In this document: positions 51,038 to 62,010 of the stretch, in pieces | How positions within the stretch are numbered: the stretch's first letter is position 1 | Layout of the letters: each line of letters begins with the position of its first letter | DNA from: Bdellovibrionales bacterium | GTDB taxonomy: Bacteria > Bdellovibrionota > Bdellovibrionia > Bdellovibrionales > UBA1609 | DNA: 64,000 bases | Direction of reading: 5' to 3' | Assembly (NCBI GenBank): GCA_965261545.1 | Contig: CBDHDF010000011.1 | Coordinates: forward strand, 928,001-992,000 | Notes under the pieces: generated by a model | Told to the model about the DNA's origin: nothing | The model's database searches: none | What the model saw: only the letters and a program-made list of their open reading frames with translations | Position numbers and translations under genes: made by a program

Positions 51038-52739
51038 CTTGACTTCGTGGTCGTTTTTATACACAACACTCCTTAATTAAATTCTTATCTACAGATTTTA
51101 AAATTAGTTTTTGGCGTTTACTAAGAATGACTGTTCTAATAAATTGATGTTTTTTCCTTTTATCATATAAATAAACCCTATACATACTTTCTAAATCTTT
51201 AAGAGCCTTTAAAGGAGAAATATCCATATCTTTCAAATGCATCCTCAGGATAGAAAGTATTAAATAAGATAAATAACAGATAAAAACATGTGCAACAACT
51301 CTATTTGAAAGCCAATGACGTACTGGACGCAAATTAGATACTCCCTTCAAAGTACGAAAAGATTTTTCTACTATATCTTTATCAAAGTATAGTTTTATCA
51401 TTTCTTTGTTTTGAATATTTTTTGTGCAGAAAAGGCAAAAATATCCATCAATCTCTTCGTCACTCTCCAATATATTTTTCCTTATCCTTCCTGAGGGGGT
51501 AAAATACTTTTCTAAACATGCCTTAATAGGTTTCCCTTTAGATAATGATTTTTGAGCATGCTGTATCTCACGATGACGAGACTCTTGTATTTCAACTCTT
51601 TTCCGATCATTATAACAAATAGCCAACTTTCCTTTAACTCTGTTAAATGAATAGTCTACTTTTTTTATATAGAATACTCTTTTCTCTAATGGGATCATAT
51701 TTGAAACATTTTTTATCCCACCATCATTTATAACCTCTCGGACTGTGCTTTTTTCTTTACTGTTCATTGGAACTCCACATAGCGTATTCCACCCCAATTT
51801 CTTGACCTCTCTTAGGTTTTCTCCAGAAGGAATTCCTCTATCATACACAAGAAGACCTGAGCGGAGATTATAGTGAGAGAATTCTTGTACAAGGCCAGAT
51901 AGGGTTTTGCTGTCGGCAATATTTCCATCAAATGTCTTGTGGAAAACAGGAACCCCTTCTTTCTGAGTTACACATAGACCTACTTGAATAAGCGGTTTAT
52001 CTTTTTTTCCTTCTTTGCTATGACCTAGCTTTCCTATTGTGCATTTTTTCCCATATAAATATGTATTAGTAACATCATACACCATTCCTCGCAAAGACAG
52101 CTTATATTTTCTTTTGGCAACATTAAATACATTCCTCTGAATAGACTCTATCTTACTTTCAGTTAAAGTATCTAGAGATGTTAGCAACCGATATTCTGTT
52201 AAACCATCTAAATCCAATATATTATTTAAATCTGTTCTCTCAAACCATTCAGGCATATTATTTAGGCTCTGATAGTTTAGACAGTGGGCATATACCATAC
52301 TTAATATTTCATTAGAGTAAGACCCCAACATATTTTGTAGTTCTAATTTTTTAGAAATACTATCTAAAACCAATAATGGTCCATATACTTTCACCTCATT
52401 GACTTGAAGGTCATCAGATGATATCGATATTACCTTTTTGTCATCTACCTCTTTCCCAATGTAACGAATATGTTTCTGTACTACTTTTCCATTAATTCTC
52501 TTACCTTCTACTTCTGCTAAATATGTTTTTCCATTTTTTTTTATTTTTCTGATGTAACTCATATTTCCCCTCTCACTAGTGTTGTGTATAATTTATACAC
52601 AACAAAATAAAGGGAGGCAATAGTAATTTATGAGAATTTTCTAAAAAAATAATGATTTTTCAGAAGGAGAAGGGCATGTTATGAAAAAACATAAAGATAG
52701 TCTATAAATGTTGTGTATAAAAATGGCCACGAATTCAAG
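51038..52739 (-). mobile_element. IS1634-family element
   Basis: 31-bp IR CTTGA(C/A)TTCGTGG(TCG/CCA)TTTTTATACACAACA. Target duplication TTTAGA at 51032-51037 and 52740-52745. Confidence 0.92.
51057..52562 (-). CDS. IS1634-family transposase
   Basis: YDVTNTY, GHSKEG, FDGNIAD, VYDRG, VEKSFRTLK, LRPVRHW...RVVAHVFIC. Confidence 0.92.
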   Translation of the reverse strand: MSYIRKIKKNGKTYLAEVEGKRINGKVVQKHIRYIGKEVDDKKVISISSDDLQVNEVKVYGPLLVLDSISKKLELQNMLGSYSNEILSMVYAHCLNYQSLNNMPEWFERTDLNNILDLDGLTEYRLLTSLDTLTESKIESIQRNVFNVAKRKYKLSLRGMVYDVTNTYLYGKKCTIGKLGHSKEGKKDKPLIQVGLCVTQKEGVPVFHKTFDGNIADSKTLSGLVQEFSHYNLRSGLLVYDRGIPSGENLREVKKLGWNTLCGVPMNSKEKSTVREVINDGGIKNVSNMIPLEKRVFYIKKVDYSFNRVKGKLAICYNDRKRVEIQESRHREIQHAQKSLSKGKPIKACLEKYFTPSGRIRKNILESDEEIDGYFCLFCTKNIQNKEMIKLYFDKDIVEKSFRTLKGVSNLRPVRHWLSNRVVAHVFICYLSYLILSILRMHLKDMDISPLKALKDLESMYRVYLYDKRKKHQFIRTVILSKRQKLILKSVDKNLIKECCV

Positions 52740-52823
52740 TTTAGAGGCTTCTTAGAAATCCTTAAAATTTCAAATTTTTTGAGTCCTTAGGCTTCTATGA
52801 ATCCCAAGAAATTCTTATAATTC

Positions 52824-53327
52824 CTAGAAACAAACTGCATGTTTCTCTCTTTCCCTCCTTGGCCTATCTTTCCTTGGCTTTGTGGAGGTCATGCGCTTTA
52901 TCAGTATCATCCCTAAACTTTTTAGGGCTCGGTCCCTTATGCGAGACACAGCGTAGGCTGAAATTTCCAGTCTCTCACCTGTTTCCCGTAGATTCAGACC
53001 ACCCAAGAAGAGAAAATTTAAAACCGCTCTTTGTTTAAAAGTGAGTTCTTTGGTGGCATCGAGCAAATATCTCTGGAGAACGAGTGACTCCTTTCCATCA
53101 AGTATGAAGCAGGTATCACCTGCCTCTTGGGGGTATTCCTCAATAAGAACTGGATCATCTAAGAGAACTTCCTCCTGGTTGACCTCAATGGTTTTTAGGT
53201 AATCCTCCCAAGTTGAGAGGCTCCAACTCTCACAGGACCTTTTGATTTCCTCTTCTGGTTTCGGTGTTCCGTCGGGGCTCAACCATGGTGTTTTATTTTC
53301 CATTTTTCGTCTCATTTTCTTTCTCAT
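52824..53327 (-). CDS. Sigma70 region-4 HTH protein
   Basis: ELTFKQRAVL...GLNLRETGERLEIS..AVSRIRDRALKSL. RBS AAGGAGG. Confidence 0.8.
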   Translation of the reverse strand: MRKKMRRKMENKTPWLSPDGTPKPEEEIKRSCESWSLSTWEDYLKTIEVNQEEVLLDDPVLIEEYPQEAGDTCFILDGKESLVLQRYLLDATKELTFKQRAVLNFLFLGGLNLRETGERLEISAYAVSRIRDRALKSLGMILIKRMTSTKPRKDRPRREREKHAVCF

Positions 53328-54345
53328 TTTTCTTACCTCCTTACTAATAGTGTTTTTTTCAACCGTTTCAACCGGGTGAATTGGGTCGAATTTTCATCAA
53401 AATTTCTGAAAATTTTTACTCATATTTTTGGATAAATTCTCTTAACATCCTGTTTTTACTAAATATTTCTTCCAAAAAAATCTTAGAAAATTCTCAAATT
53501 TTATTTCTTATTTTTATTAAAAAAATATTTTTTATATTTTTTTATGAAATTATTTCTCCAATATTTCTAATTTTCTTCTATGAGTATTTAATTTTAAATT
53601 CCTTGAAACAAAGAATTTTTCCATGGCTAAGAGCACCTCCTTTCTGTAGTTCCAAACTTCCTTTTGAAGGAGTGACAAATTTTGTCCATTTTTTGTTTAA
53701 CAGTGATTTCTTTGATGGCATCGAGAAATATCTCTGATCGGGCAACTCCCTGGCATCCAGTATGGATTTATGGAAGGCATCACTTGCCTCTTGGGAGTAT
53801 TCCTCAATAAGAACGGGGTCATCTAAGAGAACTTCCTCTTGGTTAATTTCAGTGGATTTTAGATAGTCTTCCCAATCTGAGGGACTCCAACTTTTACAGG
53901 ACCTTGTGATTTCCTCTTCTGATTTCGGTGTCCCGTCTGGGTTCAACCATGGCGTTTTATTTTGCATTTTTCTTCTCATTTTTCTTACCTCCTTACTAAT
54001 AGTGTTTTTTTCAACCGTTTCAACCGGGTGAATTGGGCCAAATTTTCATCAAAATTTCTGAAGATTTTTATTCATATTTTTGGATAAATGTTATTAACGT
54101 CCTGTTTTTACTAAATATTTCTTCCAAAAAAATCTTAAAAAATTCTCAGGTTTTATTTCTTCTTTTTATTAAAAAAATATTTTTATATTTTTTTTATGAG
54201 ATTATTTCTCTAATATTTATAATTTTCTCCTATGCGTATTTAAATTTTAAATTCCTTGAAACAAGGGATATTTCTATGATTAAAAGCACCTCCTTTCTGT
54301 ATGTTCCAAACTTCCTTTTGAAGGAGTGACAAATTTTGTCCATCC
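53054..54345. repeat. Diverged tandem duplication of about 650 bp
   Basis: About 53054-53692 aligns by eye with about 53716-54345. Confidence 0.85.
53710..53979 (-). pseudogene. Truncated duplicate of the sigma70 region-4 gene
   Basis: N-terminus is homologous (TPWL.PDGTPK.EEEI). Similarity stops at QRY, before the HTH. Confidence 0.75.
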
Positions 54346-54467
54346 TGTTTATCTTTAAATCTAAGAAGTCAGAACTCATTAATCTTTCTTCTTTCAAGAA
54401 GTGACAAATTTTGTCCATCCTATTTATCTTTAAATCTAAGAAGTCAGAACTCATTAATCTTTCTTCT
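54325..54467. repeat. Tandem repeat of about 76 bp, two copies
   Basis: AGTGACAAATTTTGTCCATCCT(G/A)TTTATCTTTAAATCTAAGAAGTCAGAACTCATTAATCTTTCTTCT occurs twice. Confidence 0.9.
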
Positions 54468-54479
54468 CTCTATGACTAT

Positions 54480-54496
54480 TGCTAAAAACATGCCAA
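54480..54496 (-). promoter_or_regulatory. Putative sigma54 (-24/-12) promoter
   Basis: Minus strand TTGGCATGTTTTTAGCA has GG and GC with canonical spacing. Divergent from an enhancer-binding protein gene. Confidence 0.65.
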
Positions 54497-54992
54497 TGGG
54501 TTCAATTCTTTAAACATATGTTATTACAAATGAAATTGGAATTTATAAAATTATTATCACTTCAAAAAACATTCTATATTCTGAATTTTAAACGTAAATA
54601 AATTTCAAAACAGAATTTTATAAAAACAATTTTTGTATTTTTATAAATTTATTCATGTTTTTTCTTAGAAATGAGGAATAAATATTTGAATTATACTTTA
54701 AAATAAGATATATTTATTTTAACCACTCACCACTGCCTCTCTGTAAGAAGAAAGATGTAGAGCTACAAACTCACATATTTGACTTCTGAATCCAAGGGGA
54801 GGCGAGCAGCTACAAAAAGAAGATAAATGTTTGAAACTTCCTAGTTTCATATGGAAGTTATTGGGTTGGTAACTTATTTTTCATCGTAAAGATGGAAAAA
54901 AATGAATTGTTATTGAAAAAGAAAATTTGATTGTTCAAAGAATAGGTAAATAAAAATAGTAAGAAACGATAGGCAAGAAGGTAGATTGAAAA

Positions 54993-56543
54993 ATGGAAAA
55001 TATTAGTATCTTAATAGTTGATGATAATGAATCCGCCCGATTGAGCCATCAACTCTCCGTGAATACTCTACTATTTAAAAGCCATGAATCTTCAAAGTTA
55101 AAAGTATGCTTGGCTGCCGATGCTGAAGAAATGCTTCTTTATCTAAAGTCTGAAAAATTTCATGTTGTTCTTCTCGATCATAATCTTGGTGAAGATAATG
55201 ATGGCGAAATGGTAGATGGAGTCAGCCTCATACCCTCAATCCTTAAAATACAGCCCAACACAAGAATCCTCGTCATTACATCGTTCCAAAAGCAGAGTCA
55301 AATGACCCAGCTTGCAGTGCAAGCCATGGAAAATGGAGCGAGAGGATTTATCACCAAGGGAACCAGTGATGAAGAGATCAAGTATAAGAATCAACAAATT
55401 CTAAACGCTCTTCAAGAAGCTCAATTTGAAATTGAATCTTTACAAAGTCAATTTATTCCTTCAGAGATGGGTGATGACTATATATGTAAGTCAAAAGCTA
55501 TGAGACGAATTGACACACAGATTAGATCCTTATCAGAGGTTAATGCCCCTGTTTTATTTTTAGGATCCTCTGGTCTCGGTAAGACTCATGCCGCAAAAAG
55601 GCTCAATGAACTATCTCGTATTTTTTATAACCAGACAAAAAGGCCATTTGCTAATATCAATGTTAATGCTTTGTCAGAAAAATTGATTGAGTCTGAGCTT
55701 TTTGGTCACGAAAAGGGAGCCTTCACAGGGGCTATCAAACAAAAACAGGGCTTATTTGAATTGGCGTCAGGTGGAGATATTCTTTTGGATGAAATTGGTG
55801 ATGCCTCTTTAGATCTACAGGCGAAACTCTTAAAGGTTGTTGAAGAAAAGACTTTTCGTCGAGTTGGTGGGGAACAAGATATAAAAAGCAGTGCAAGGAT
55901 TATATTTGCAACCAACAAGAATTTAGAAGAAATGGTTGAAAAAGGTAAGTTTAAGTATGATCTGTACGGGCGTATTTGTGCATTTAAAATTAAAATGCCA
56001 GAACTTAAGAATAGGAAACAGGATATACCATATATTTGTGAAAATATTGCTCAAAAATTAAAGAAAGAACATCATTTATCTATCTCATACAACGACTTTC
56101 CTTCTTTATTAAAAGAATATTTTCAGAGGGGTGACATTCCATTCAATATCAGAGGGATCAGAAATGACCTCGAAAGACTGATGTTCCTTTGCCCGAAGAA
56201 AAAAAATGGGTCCATTGACTATACTAAGTGGGGCAGTGTTTTAGGCTATGAAACGACTATGGAGATTGAAAGTAGAAATTCCAATGATATTCATAAATTA
56301 ATGGATATTATAATTTCTCAAATTGGTGAAATTGGATGGCCTGGTATTTCTGCTTTGAAGGACAGGTTAGAGCAAAAAGCCTTCATTGCGGCCTACAAGA
56401 AGTATCCGAAGAATACACAACGAGCTAAGGCACTTGGTTTGTCAGCATCTGTAGCTTCAACAAAGATCAAAAGATATTTAAAGAAAGAAGATTATTTAAA
56501 GGAAGAAAATAGAAAAGAAGAAAAACAAAAAATGAGTGTATAA
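54993..56543 (+). CDS. Sigma54-dependent response regulator (NtrC family)
   Basis: Receiver (IVDD, LLDH, ITKG), GSSGLGKT, ESELFGHEKGAFTGA, LLDEIG and a C-terminal Fis-like HTH. Confidence 0.93.
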   Translation: MENISILIVDDNESARLSHQLSVNTLLFKSHESSKLKVCLAADAEEMLLYLKSEKFHVVLLDHNLGEDNDGEMVDGVSLIPSILKIQPNTRILVITSFQKQSQMTQLAVQAMENGARGFITKGTSDEEIKYKNQQILNALQEAQFEIESLQSQFIPSEMGDDYICKSKAMRRIDTQIRSLSEVNAPVLFLGSSGLGKTHAAKRLNELSRIFYNQTKRPFANINVNALSEKLIESELFGHEKGAFTGAIKQKQGLFELASGGDILLDEIGDASLDLQAKLLKVVEEKTFRRVGGEQDIKSSARIIFATNKNLEEMVEKGKFKYDLYGRICAFKIKMPELKNRKQDIPYICENIAQKLKKEHHLSISYNDFPSLLKEYFQRGDIPFNIRGIRNDLERLMFLCPKKKNGSIDYTKWGSVLGYETTMEIESRNSNDIHKLMDIIISQIGEIGWPGISALKDRLEQKAFIAAYKKYPKNTQRAKALGLSASVASTKIKRYLKKEDYLKEENRKEEKQKMSV

Positions 56544-56563
56544 ACTCAAAGGAGAAACATATT

Positions 56564-57475
56564 ATGAAAAAAGAATTGTTATTATTTAAAATATTAAAAA
56601 ATATATTTACAAAAGCTCTTATAAGAAACGGTAGTTCTAAAAGAAATTTTATCGTTTCATTGAGCGTTCTTATCATCCATGCATGGGCTATTAACGCCAA
56701 TACCACAGAAGATACTACAAAAAGTGGGTCACAGGACACTCTGCAAATAAAAGGAGAGGATGGAAGTACCTATTCACCAGATGATTACTACATTGGTGTT
56801 TTTGTGGGCCAAGCCAAAGGGAAGAATACACATATTGATACAGAAGGGTTTGCCAATTGGGGAAATCCAGGAGCTTCTACCGACTATTCCGACACAGGGT
56901 CTGTTGGTGGTTTACTCATTGGAAAGCAGTTGAGAATTAACGGTGTCCCTGTTCGGATTGAACTGGATGGTACCATTGGTGACATCTCGGCAAGCACAAA
57001 CAAGCTCGATCCAAAGGGCTTAGACGAAACAGCCACCTCAGATATTCCGTGGCTGGTCACCTTAAAGGCCGGTATTGAGCATCAACTGGGGCCTGCCACT
57101 TTGTTTGCCAACGGAGGCTTAGCGGTGGCTCGAATTAAAAATTCTGTGATTGATATTGATTTTGGTCCAAATACACCTGCACACAGGGATCTTGATGATT
57201 CTTTCACTGACAGCTCCACTCAACTAGGTTGGGTTGTGGGAGTCGGAGGAGAAGTGCCTTTAAATCAAGAAGCTAAAGGATCTTCCCACAAAGATGGAGC
57301 CTGGCTTTTACGGATGGAAGGCTCTTATATCAATTTAGGAGAGCAAGATTATAGCGTCAATCATTCAGGAAATAATAGTTGTGGAGCAGGTGGTCCTCGC
57401 AGACCTTGTTCTTACAGTATTAAAAACGAAGTAGGAATGATTCGCTTAGCTATTATTCGTCGATTCTCTTTGTAG
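56564..57475 (+). CDS. Outer-membrane beta-barrel protein (Omp25/31-like)
   Basis: Signal peptide, YYIGVFVG, GWVVGVGGE, WLLRMEGSYINLG, C-terminal RRFSL. Confidence 0.75.
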   Translation: MKKELLLFKILKNIFTKALIRNGSSKRNFIVSLSVLIIHAWAINANTTEDTTKSGSQDTLQIKGEDGSTYSPDDYYIGVFVGQAKGKNTHIDTEGFANWGNPGASTDYSDTGSVGGLLIGKQLRINGVPVRIELDGTIGDISASTNKLDPKGLDETATSDIPWLVTLKAGIEHQLGPATLFANGGLAVARIKNSVIDIDFGPNTPAHRDLDDSFTDSSTQLGWVVGVGGEVPLNQEAKGSSHKDGAWLLRMEGSYINLGEQDYSVNHSGNNSCGAGGPRRPCSYSIKNEVGMIRLAIIRRFSL

Positions 57476-57498
57476 TGATTTTTGTAACTATCCCCCTT

Positions 57499-57518
57499 GG
57501 CTTCAAAAAGAAGCCTTT
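57499..57518 (+). terminator. Possible hairpin terminator
   Basis: GGCTTC-AAAAA-GAAGCC followed by TTT. Confidence 0.35.
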
Positions 57519-57613
57519 GGGTTTGCTCCTTGTATTTCTATTTTTACAGAAAGGTAGGGTCGAATAGTTACTGATTTTTAAGATTATATATAAAATTAAT
57601 GGAGAAATGAGTC

Positions 57614-60600
57614 ATGATGAAAGAGAAGAATATAAATGATAAAATAAACCATAAGATAAATCATAAAGTAAAGGACGTCATTCTCTTTGCACTTATGACA
57701 TTCCTTGTTGGATGTTCAGCCATCAAAGATGACAAAATCAGCAAAGAAGAGATGATAAATAATCTTTTTGAATCTATTGCCACCAAGGATACAAAGGCGA
57801 CTCATTCTCTTATAGAAAATAAGGTCGATATTAATGCTTATGATTCTGAAGGATACACTCCTTTGATGAGAGTTGTTAAATCTTACGATTCAAATTTAGC
57901 TGAAAAACTCATTCATTCTGGGGCTAAGATATACCAGCCTCATAAAAAATATGAGCATCTAACAGCTCTTTCTATGATTAGTGATGGTGAAAGAGAAATG
58001 AAAAGAATTTTCACTAATGAAGTGAAGCGATATGGTACGCTTGTCGAAGAGCTTATCGTGGCTGGGAAATATGATAAAGCGGTAAAGTTAAGTGAATCTC
58101 ACCATCTTCCTGTAGATCTTATGATGCCTGACCATCAAGGCACATCAATTCAACTTATGTCCAAAGTCTATACGACCCAAGGAAAAGGCAAGGAGGATGT
58201 TGGGGCTATTGAATATGTGAGATATATTTTGAAGAATGTAAGATTTAAACCAAATTACCTTGTTGAGAATGAAAATAGTTTCAGAATTATAAGACGAGCC
58301 ATCGGTTACGATCCTTTGATGTTAGAAATTAAAGATACTTATATGAATACCAAGGGGTCTGTAAAGATGCAGATTGCTGAGGTCGATCAAACAGATATTC
58401 ATTGGCTCACCCTCAAACTTAGGGTTATGGGGCATCAAGGGCAATCCATTCCTTTGGACGATTCACATATAAATATATATACGAGTGTCATAGAGTCCCA
58501 TGTCTCAAAATATTCTGACCAGTGCAAGACCTTAGTCCATGCTATCTTGGCAAATTCCAAGGTAAATGAAAATAAAGTGAAATTTATTGGAAAAACTCTC
58601 GATATGCTTCTTTCCAATGCAAAAGAAAGCAAGGCTTCTTTTTATTTAGCGCAAAATGTATTGGAAGCATGGAAATCTGATAATTTGCCTAAGTCAAAAG
58701 ATATTTTTAGTAAAAAAATATTAGCTCTCTTACAAGCTGTGGAATCCAGTGTAAATAATTATAAACTTGAGGATGTTACTCATCTAATAAGTCATATTTT
58801 TGACTTTACATCTTATGATCGACGCAGAGGGAATAAAGAGCATCTTCAATTTCTTGTTTCAAGTGATTTAAAAAGAGATCAAAAAATTGGTATTTTAGAA
58901 GCAATAGTTCTATTAGCTGATGACGGGCTGCCTTGGAATTTTTTTAGTTATGCGATAAAAGAAGGTGGGATGAGTGCTATTGAAATGGTGGCATCTTCCA
59001 ATATTAATTATGCACCAGGAAGACAAGAGGATTCTTTAGAAAAGGCACTCTCTCATAGTCGTTCAGGACAGGAAGCGAAGTCCATGCTTACCCTTCTGGA
59101 TAAAATGGAAGTTGGTTTCTTGAACGATCATGGAAAAAAGGCTTTAAGAATAGCCTTTGAAAAGCTATGGAGTGGAGATGAAAGCTATAGGGAACCAATA
59201 AATTTCTTTTTATCAGATAAATCATCTATTTTTCCAATAATGAGTGATGAGGAAATCATTTATCTTCTAAAAGGTCAGATTCAATTTATCAAAAAAGAAA
59301 AAGGAAAATTTGATATAATAGAAAAATTGCTAACCTCTATTGATAGGAAGTTTGACTCAAAATCATATAATTACAATAATACGGTGCACTATAATATCGC
59401 TAACCTTGATTTTACTGTCGAGGAAGGTGCTTCAGCGAGAGTGAGTCTGCTTTGGGATTATATTCTCGTTGCCCATAGTTTATACAAGGATTCTACTCAA
59501 AATATATTAAAAATGAAAAATGTTCTCTCACTTTTATTTTCTAAATTTCCAGATGAAAATTTCTCTATATCCTTATCTTTTAATAGAAAAAATATATATG
59601 AAACAATAGAAAAAAGAGAATATAATTCTATATTTAGCCGCATACTTCCTCTATCATTTATTTTATCTATTGATTCAGGAATAATAAAATCAGCTCTTTC
59701 TGTAGAACATTCTAAAGAAAATAAGACTGATGGCATCTATATTGATCGAAATTTTCCCAATTTTTCTTGGAACGCTTTCTTATCAGGAGAATTTTACAAA
59801 TATTACTCAGTTGAAAATAAATTTTGGGAGATTATCACTGAAATCATTCTCAATTCGGGGCATAGCTTTGATCTTCCAGATGATCGTTCTTCTATAGACC
59901 TCATAAAAGTAGTATTGCAATCAGGTAAAATGTTGAGATATCCTGATTTATCTAATAGACTTATTAAAGAAAATATCTCCATTCCCGACAATCAAAACCT
60001 GTGTTCCATAGATAAAGAGAAAATAGATTCTTCAAGTATTCCAAAAGTAAAATATGAGAACGCCTCCTCCAATGACCCTCTTACTATAGCCCCTTATTGG
60101 TCTCACTTAGGTGTTTTTGAAGCCCTAAGACCTCTTAAGAAAAAAACTTGCCAAATGCGTAAAATTTCAGAAGAAGAAATCTATTTTCTTAAACAGTTTA
60201 TTAAAGCCAATGCATCAACCCATATGCTTGAAAATAAACCCATCGTATGGAAAGATTTTGATAGAAAAACCAAATATTACACACCCAAAGAAAGTCATTG
60301 CACTGACCCAGGTTTCACCTACAATAGGAGTTTAGTTAATTTAAGTACTTATTATTCTTCAATAGGAGATTTAGTTTCTCCCAGGGAATATAAAGTAGGA
60401 GAAGGGGCTTTGTTATATGAGCTTAATTCTCAAGACAGACAATGTTATGTCTACTTTCCAAATGAACAGGTTAAGTCAACAGCCATAAGGCAGTTTTTGA
60501 GTTCTTGGTATAGCTGTTCTGTACAAAGACATGACGAAAATCTCATCAAAGTTTTCAAAGAACTTGAAGAGCAGCTTCAAATCCAACCTATGAACGAGTC

Positions 60601-60643
60601 TTCCATTAAAGAAGTTTATACTTGCCAGTGGAAGAGTTTATGA
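57614..60643 (+). CDS. Large lipoprotein with N-terminal ankyrin repeat(s)
   Basis: Lipobox LVGC and VDINAYDSEGYTPLM...LIHSGA. Confidence 0.75.
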   Translation: MMKEKNINDKINHKINHKVKDVILFALMTFLVGCSAIKDDKISKEEMINNLFESIATKDTKATHSLIENKVDINAYDSEGYTPLMRVVKSYDSNLAEKLIHSGAKIYQPHKKYEHLTALSMISDGEREMKRIFTNEVKRYGTLVEELIVAGKYDKAVKLSESHHLPVDLMMPDHQGTSIQLMSKVYTTQGKGKEDVGAIEYVRYILKNVRFKPNYLVENENSFRIIRRAIGYDPLMLEIKDTYMNTKGSVKMQIAEVDQTDIHWLTLKLRVMGHQGQSIPLDDSHINIYTSVIESHVSKYSDQCKTLVHAILANSKVNENKVKFIGKTLDMLLSNAKESKASFYLAQNVLEAWKSDNLPKSKDIFSKKILALLQAVESSVNNYKLEDVTHLISHIFDFTSYDRRRGNKEHLQFLVSSDLKRDQKIGILEAIVLLADDGLPWNFFSYAIKEGGMSAIEMVASSNINYAPGRQEDSLEKALSHSRSGQEAKSMLTLLDKMEVGFLNDHGKKALRIAFEKLWSGDESYREPINFFLSDKSSIFPIMSDEEIIYLLKGQIQFIKKEKGKFDIIEKLLTSIDRKFDSKSYNYNNTVHYNIANLDFTVEEGASARVSLLWDYILVAHSLYKDSTQNILKMKNVLSLLFSKFPDENFSISLSFNRKNIYETIEKREYNSIFSRILPLSFILSIDSGIIKSALSVEHSKENKTDGIYIDRNFPNFSWNAFLSGEFYKYYSVENKFWEIITEIILNSGHSFDLPDDRSSIDLIKVVLQSGKMLRYPDLSNRLIKENISIPDNQNLCSIDKEKIDSSSIPKVKYENASSNDPLTIAPYWSHLGVFEALRPLKKKTCQMRKISEEEIYFLKQFIKANASTHMLENKPIVWKDFDRKTKYYTPKESHCTDPGFTYNRSLVNLSTYYSSIGDLVSPREYKVGEGALLYELNSQDRQCYVYFPNEQVKSTAIRQFLSSWYSCSVQRHDENLIKVFKELEEQLQIQPMNESSIKEVYTCQWKSL

Positions 60644-62010
60644 AAAAGCCTGTGAAGAAGACGGAAAGACCCATTTTTATCGTACTGCCTATTATTGTTT
60701 GTTTCATGGGCCTATCTTACATGTTCTTTTTATCCTTAGGCTACGACAAAGTAAAGGAGGATGTTGATAATTATGTCGTTCAATGGGAGCAGGACATCGC
60801 TCATAATATTTTTTCTAAAGAGAATCCAGTTCTTTTAAAAAAGATATTTGAGGGCTTGAAGGCTTATCCATTATCTAAATTTGAGCTTATCTCTGAGAAG
60901 AGACGAGTTCTTTCTTGGAGTGAAGACAAGTTGCCTGGTGGTGATTGTGACCCAGATCAAAAGATTGAGAGCCTTTTGACCTTCAATGGGCTACATTTAG
61001 GTAAGATAAAGTCTTGTATTTCAAAGACAAAGGTTGCAAAATCGACTTTCTTTTCTCCATCATTTCTTTTCATCATATTAATCACGATATTTTTATTGTT
61101 TATTTCAGCCTTTATACCTCTTTACAGATATAAGAAGTCTCTTAATGCCATTATTGGTATATTAAAAAATTGGCCACCCCATGAGGACTATTCAGACTTC
61201 CCAGAAAATAAGGATAAAATCACTCAGGAAGTTGTTGGGTTGGCTCGTAAAGCTATATCCACAAGACTGAATCTAGAAGACGTACAGTCAGCGTTAAAGA
61301 CTGAAAAAGAAGTGAATCGCATTATTTATCAAGTCGCCCATGATATTGTGAGTCCTTCGTCAGAACTCAAAGAAGCTATGAAGGGTGACTTGACACGAAG
61401 AGAGGTGAATGAGGTCATTCACTCGTCTATTCAGAGGATCTGTGAAGTCAGCCAAGATTTATTAAATCCCAATAGTAAAAATAGTTATAGATTGGATCAA
61501 GTAAGGTCCACTGATATATCATGTATTACAAAAGAAATCCTGCGTGATAAGAGGGTTTGTTATAAAGATATTCAGTTTAAATTAAATATTAAAAATGATG
61601 TGAGGGCTCTTTGCTCCCCTGCTGTTTTTAAAAGAATCTTATCAAATCTAATTAATAATAGCATAGAAGCCACCCCAGGATGCCAAGGGTCCATTGAGTG
61701 TTCCTTATTTCAAGAGGAGGGAAGTCACTCTTGTAAAATCATTATCTCTGACAAAGGTCGAGGTATTCCTACAGAGAATATGGATAAGGTGTTTGACGAA
61801 TATTTTACCAGTGGGAAAAAGTCTGGCAATGGCTTGGGGCTTTATTATACAAATAAGAAGGTGAAAGAATGGGGTGGAGATATAAAGCTGCACTCACGGG
61901 TTGGAGAAGGCACGACAATGACGATAACTCTTCAATCTCGTTTTCTTAAGAATAAGAATCTAAGCAAAATGATTCCAGAGAATCAAGCAAGGACAAGGAG
62001 GGCATTGTGA
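60640..62010 (+). CDS. Sensor histidine kinase
   Basis: Two TMs, VAHDIVSP, NLINNSIEA, DKGRGI, GNGLGL. ATGA overlap with the upstream gene. Confidence 0.93.
   Translation: MKKPVKKTERPIFIVLPIIVCFMGLSYMFFLSLGYDKVKEDVDNYVVQWEQDIAHNIFSKENPVLLKKIFEGLKAYPLSKFELISEKRRVLSWSEDKLPGGDCDPDQKIESLLTFNGLHLGKIKSCISKTKVAKSTFFSPSFLFIILITIFLLFISAFIPLYRYKKSLNAIIGILKNWPPHEDYSDFPENKDKITQEVVGLARKAISTRLNLEDVQSALKTEKEVNRIIYQVAHDIVSPSSELKEAMKGDLTRREVNEVIHSSIQRICEVSQDLLNPNSKNSYRLDQVRSTDISCITKEILRDKRVCYKDIQFKLNIKNDVRALCSPAVFKRILSNLINNSIEATPGCQGSIECSLFQEEGSHSCKIIISDKGRGIPTENMDKVFDEYFTSGKKSGNGLGLYYTNKKVKEWGGDIKLHSRVGEGTTMTITLQSRFLKNKNLSKMIPENQARTRRAL

Noticed and set aside
53381..54329. Phe/Ile-rich plus-strand ORFs at 53381 and 54033
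   Set aside because: Likely by-products of the AT-rich duplicated leader.
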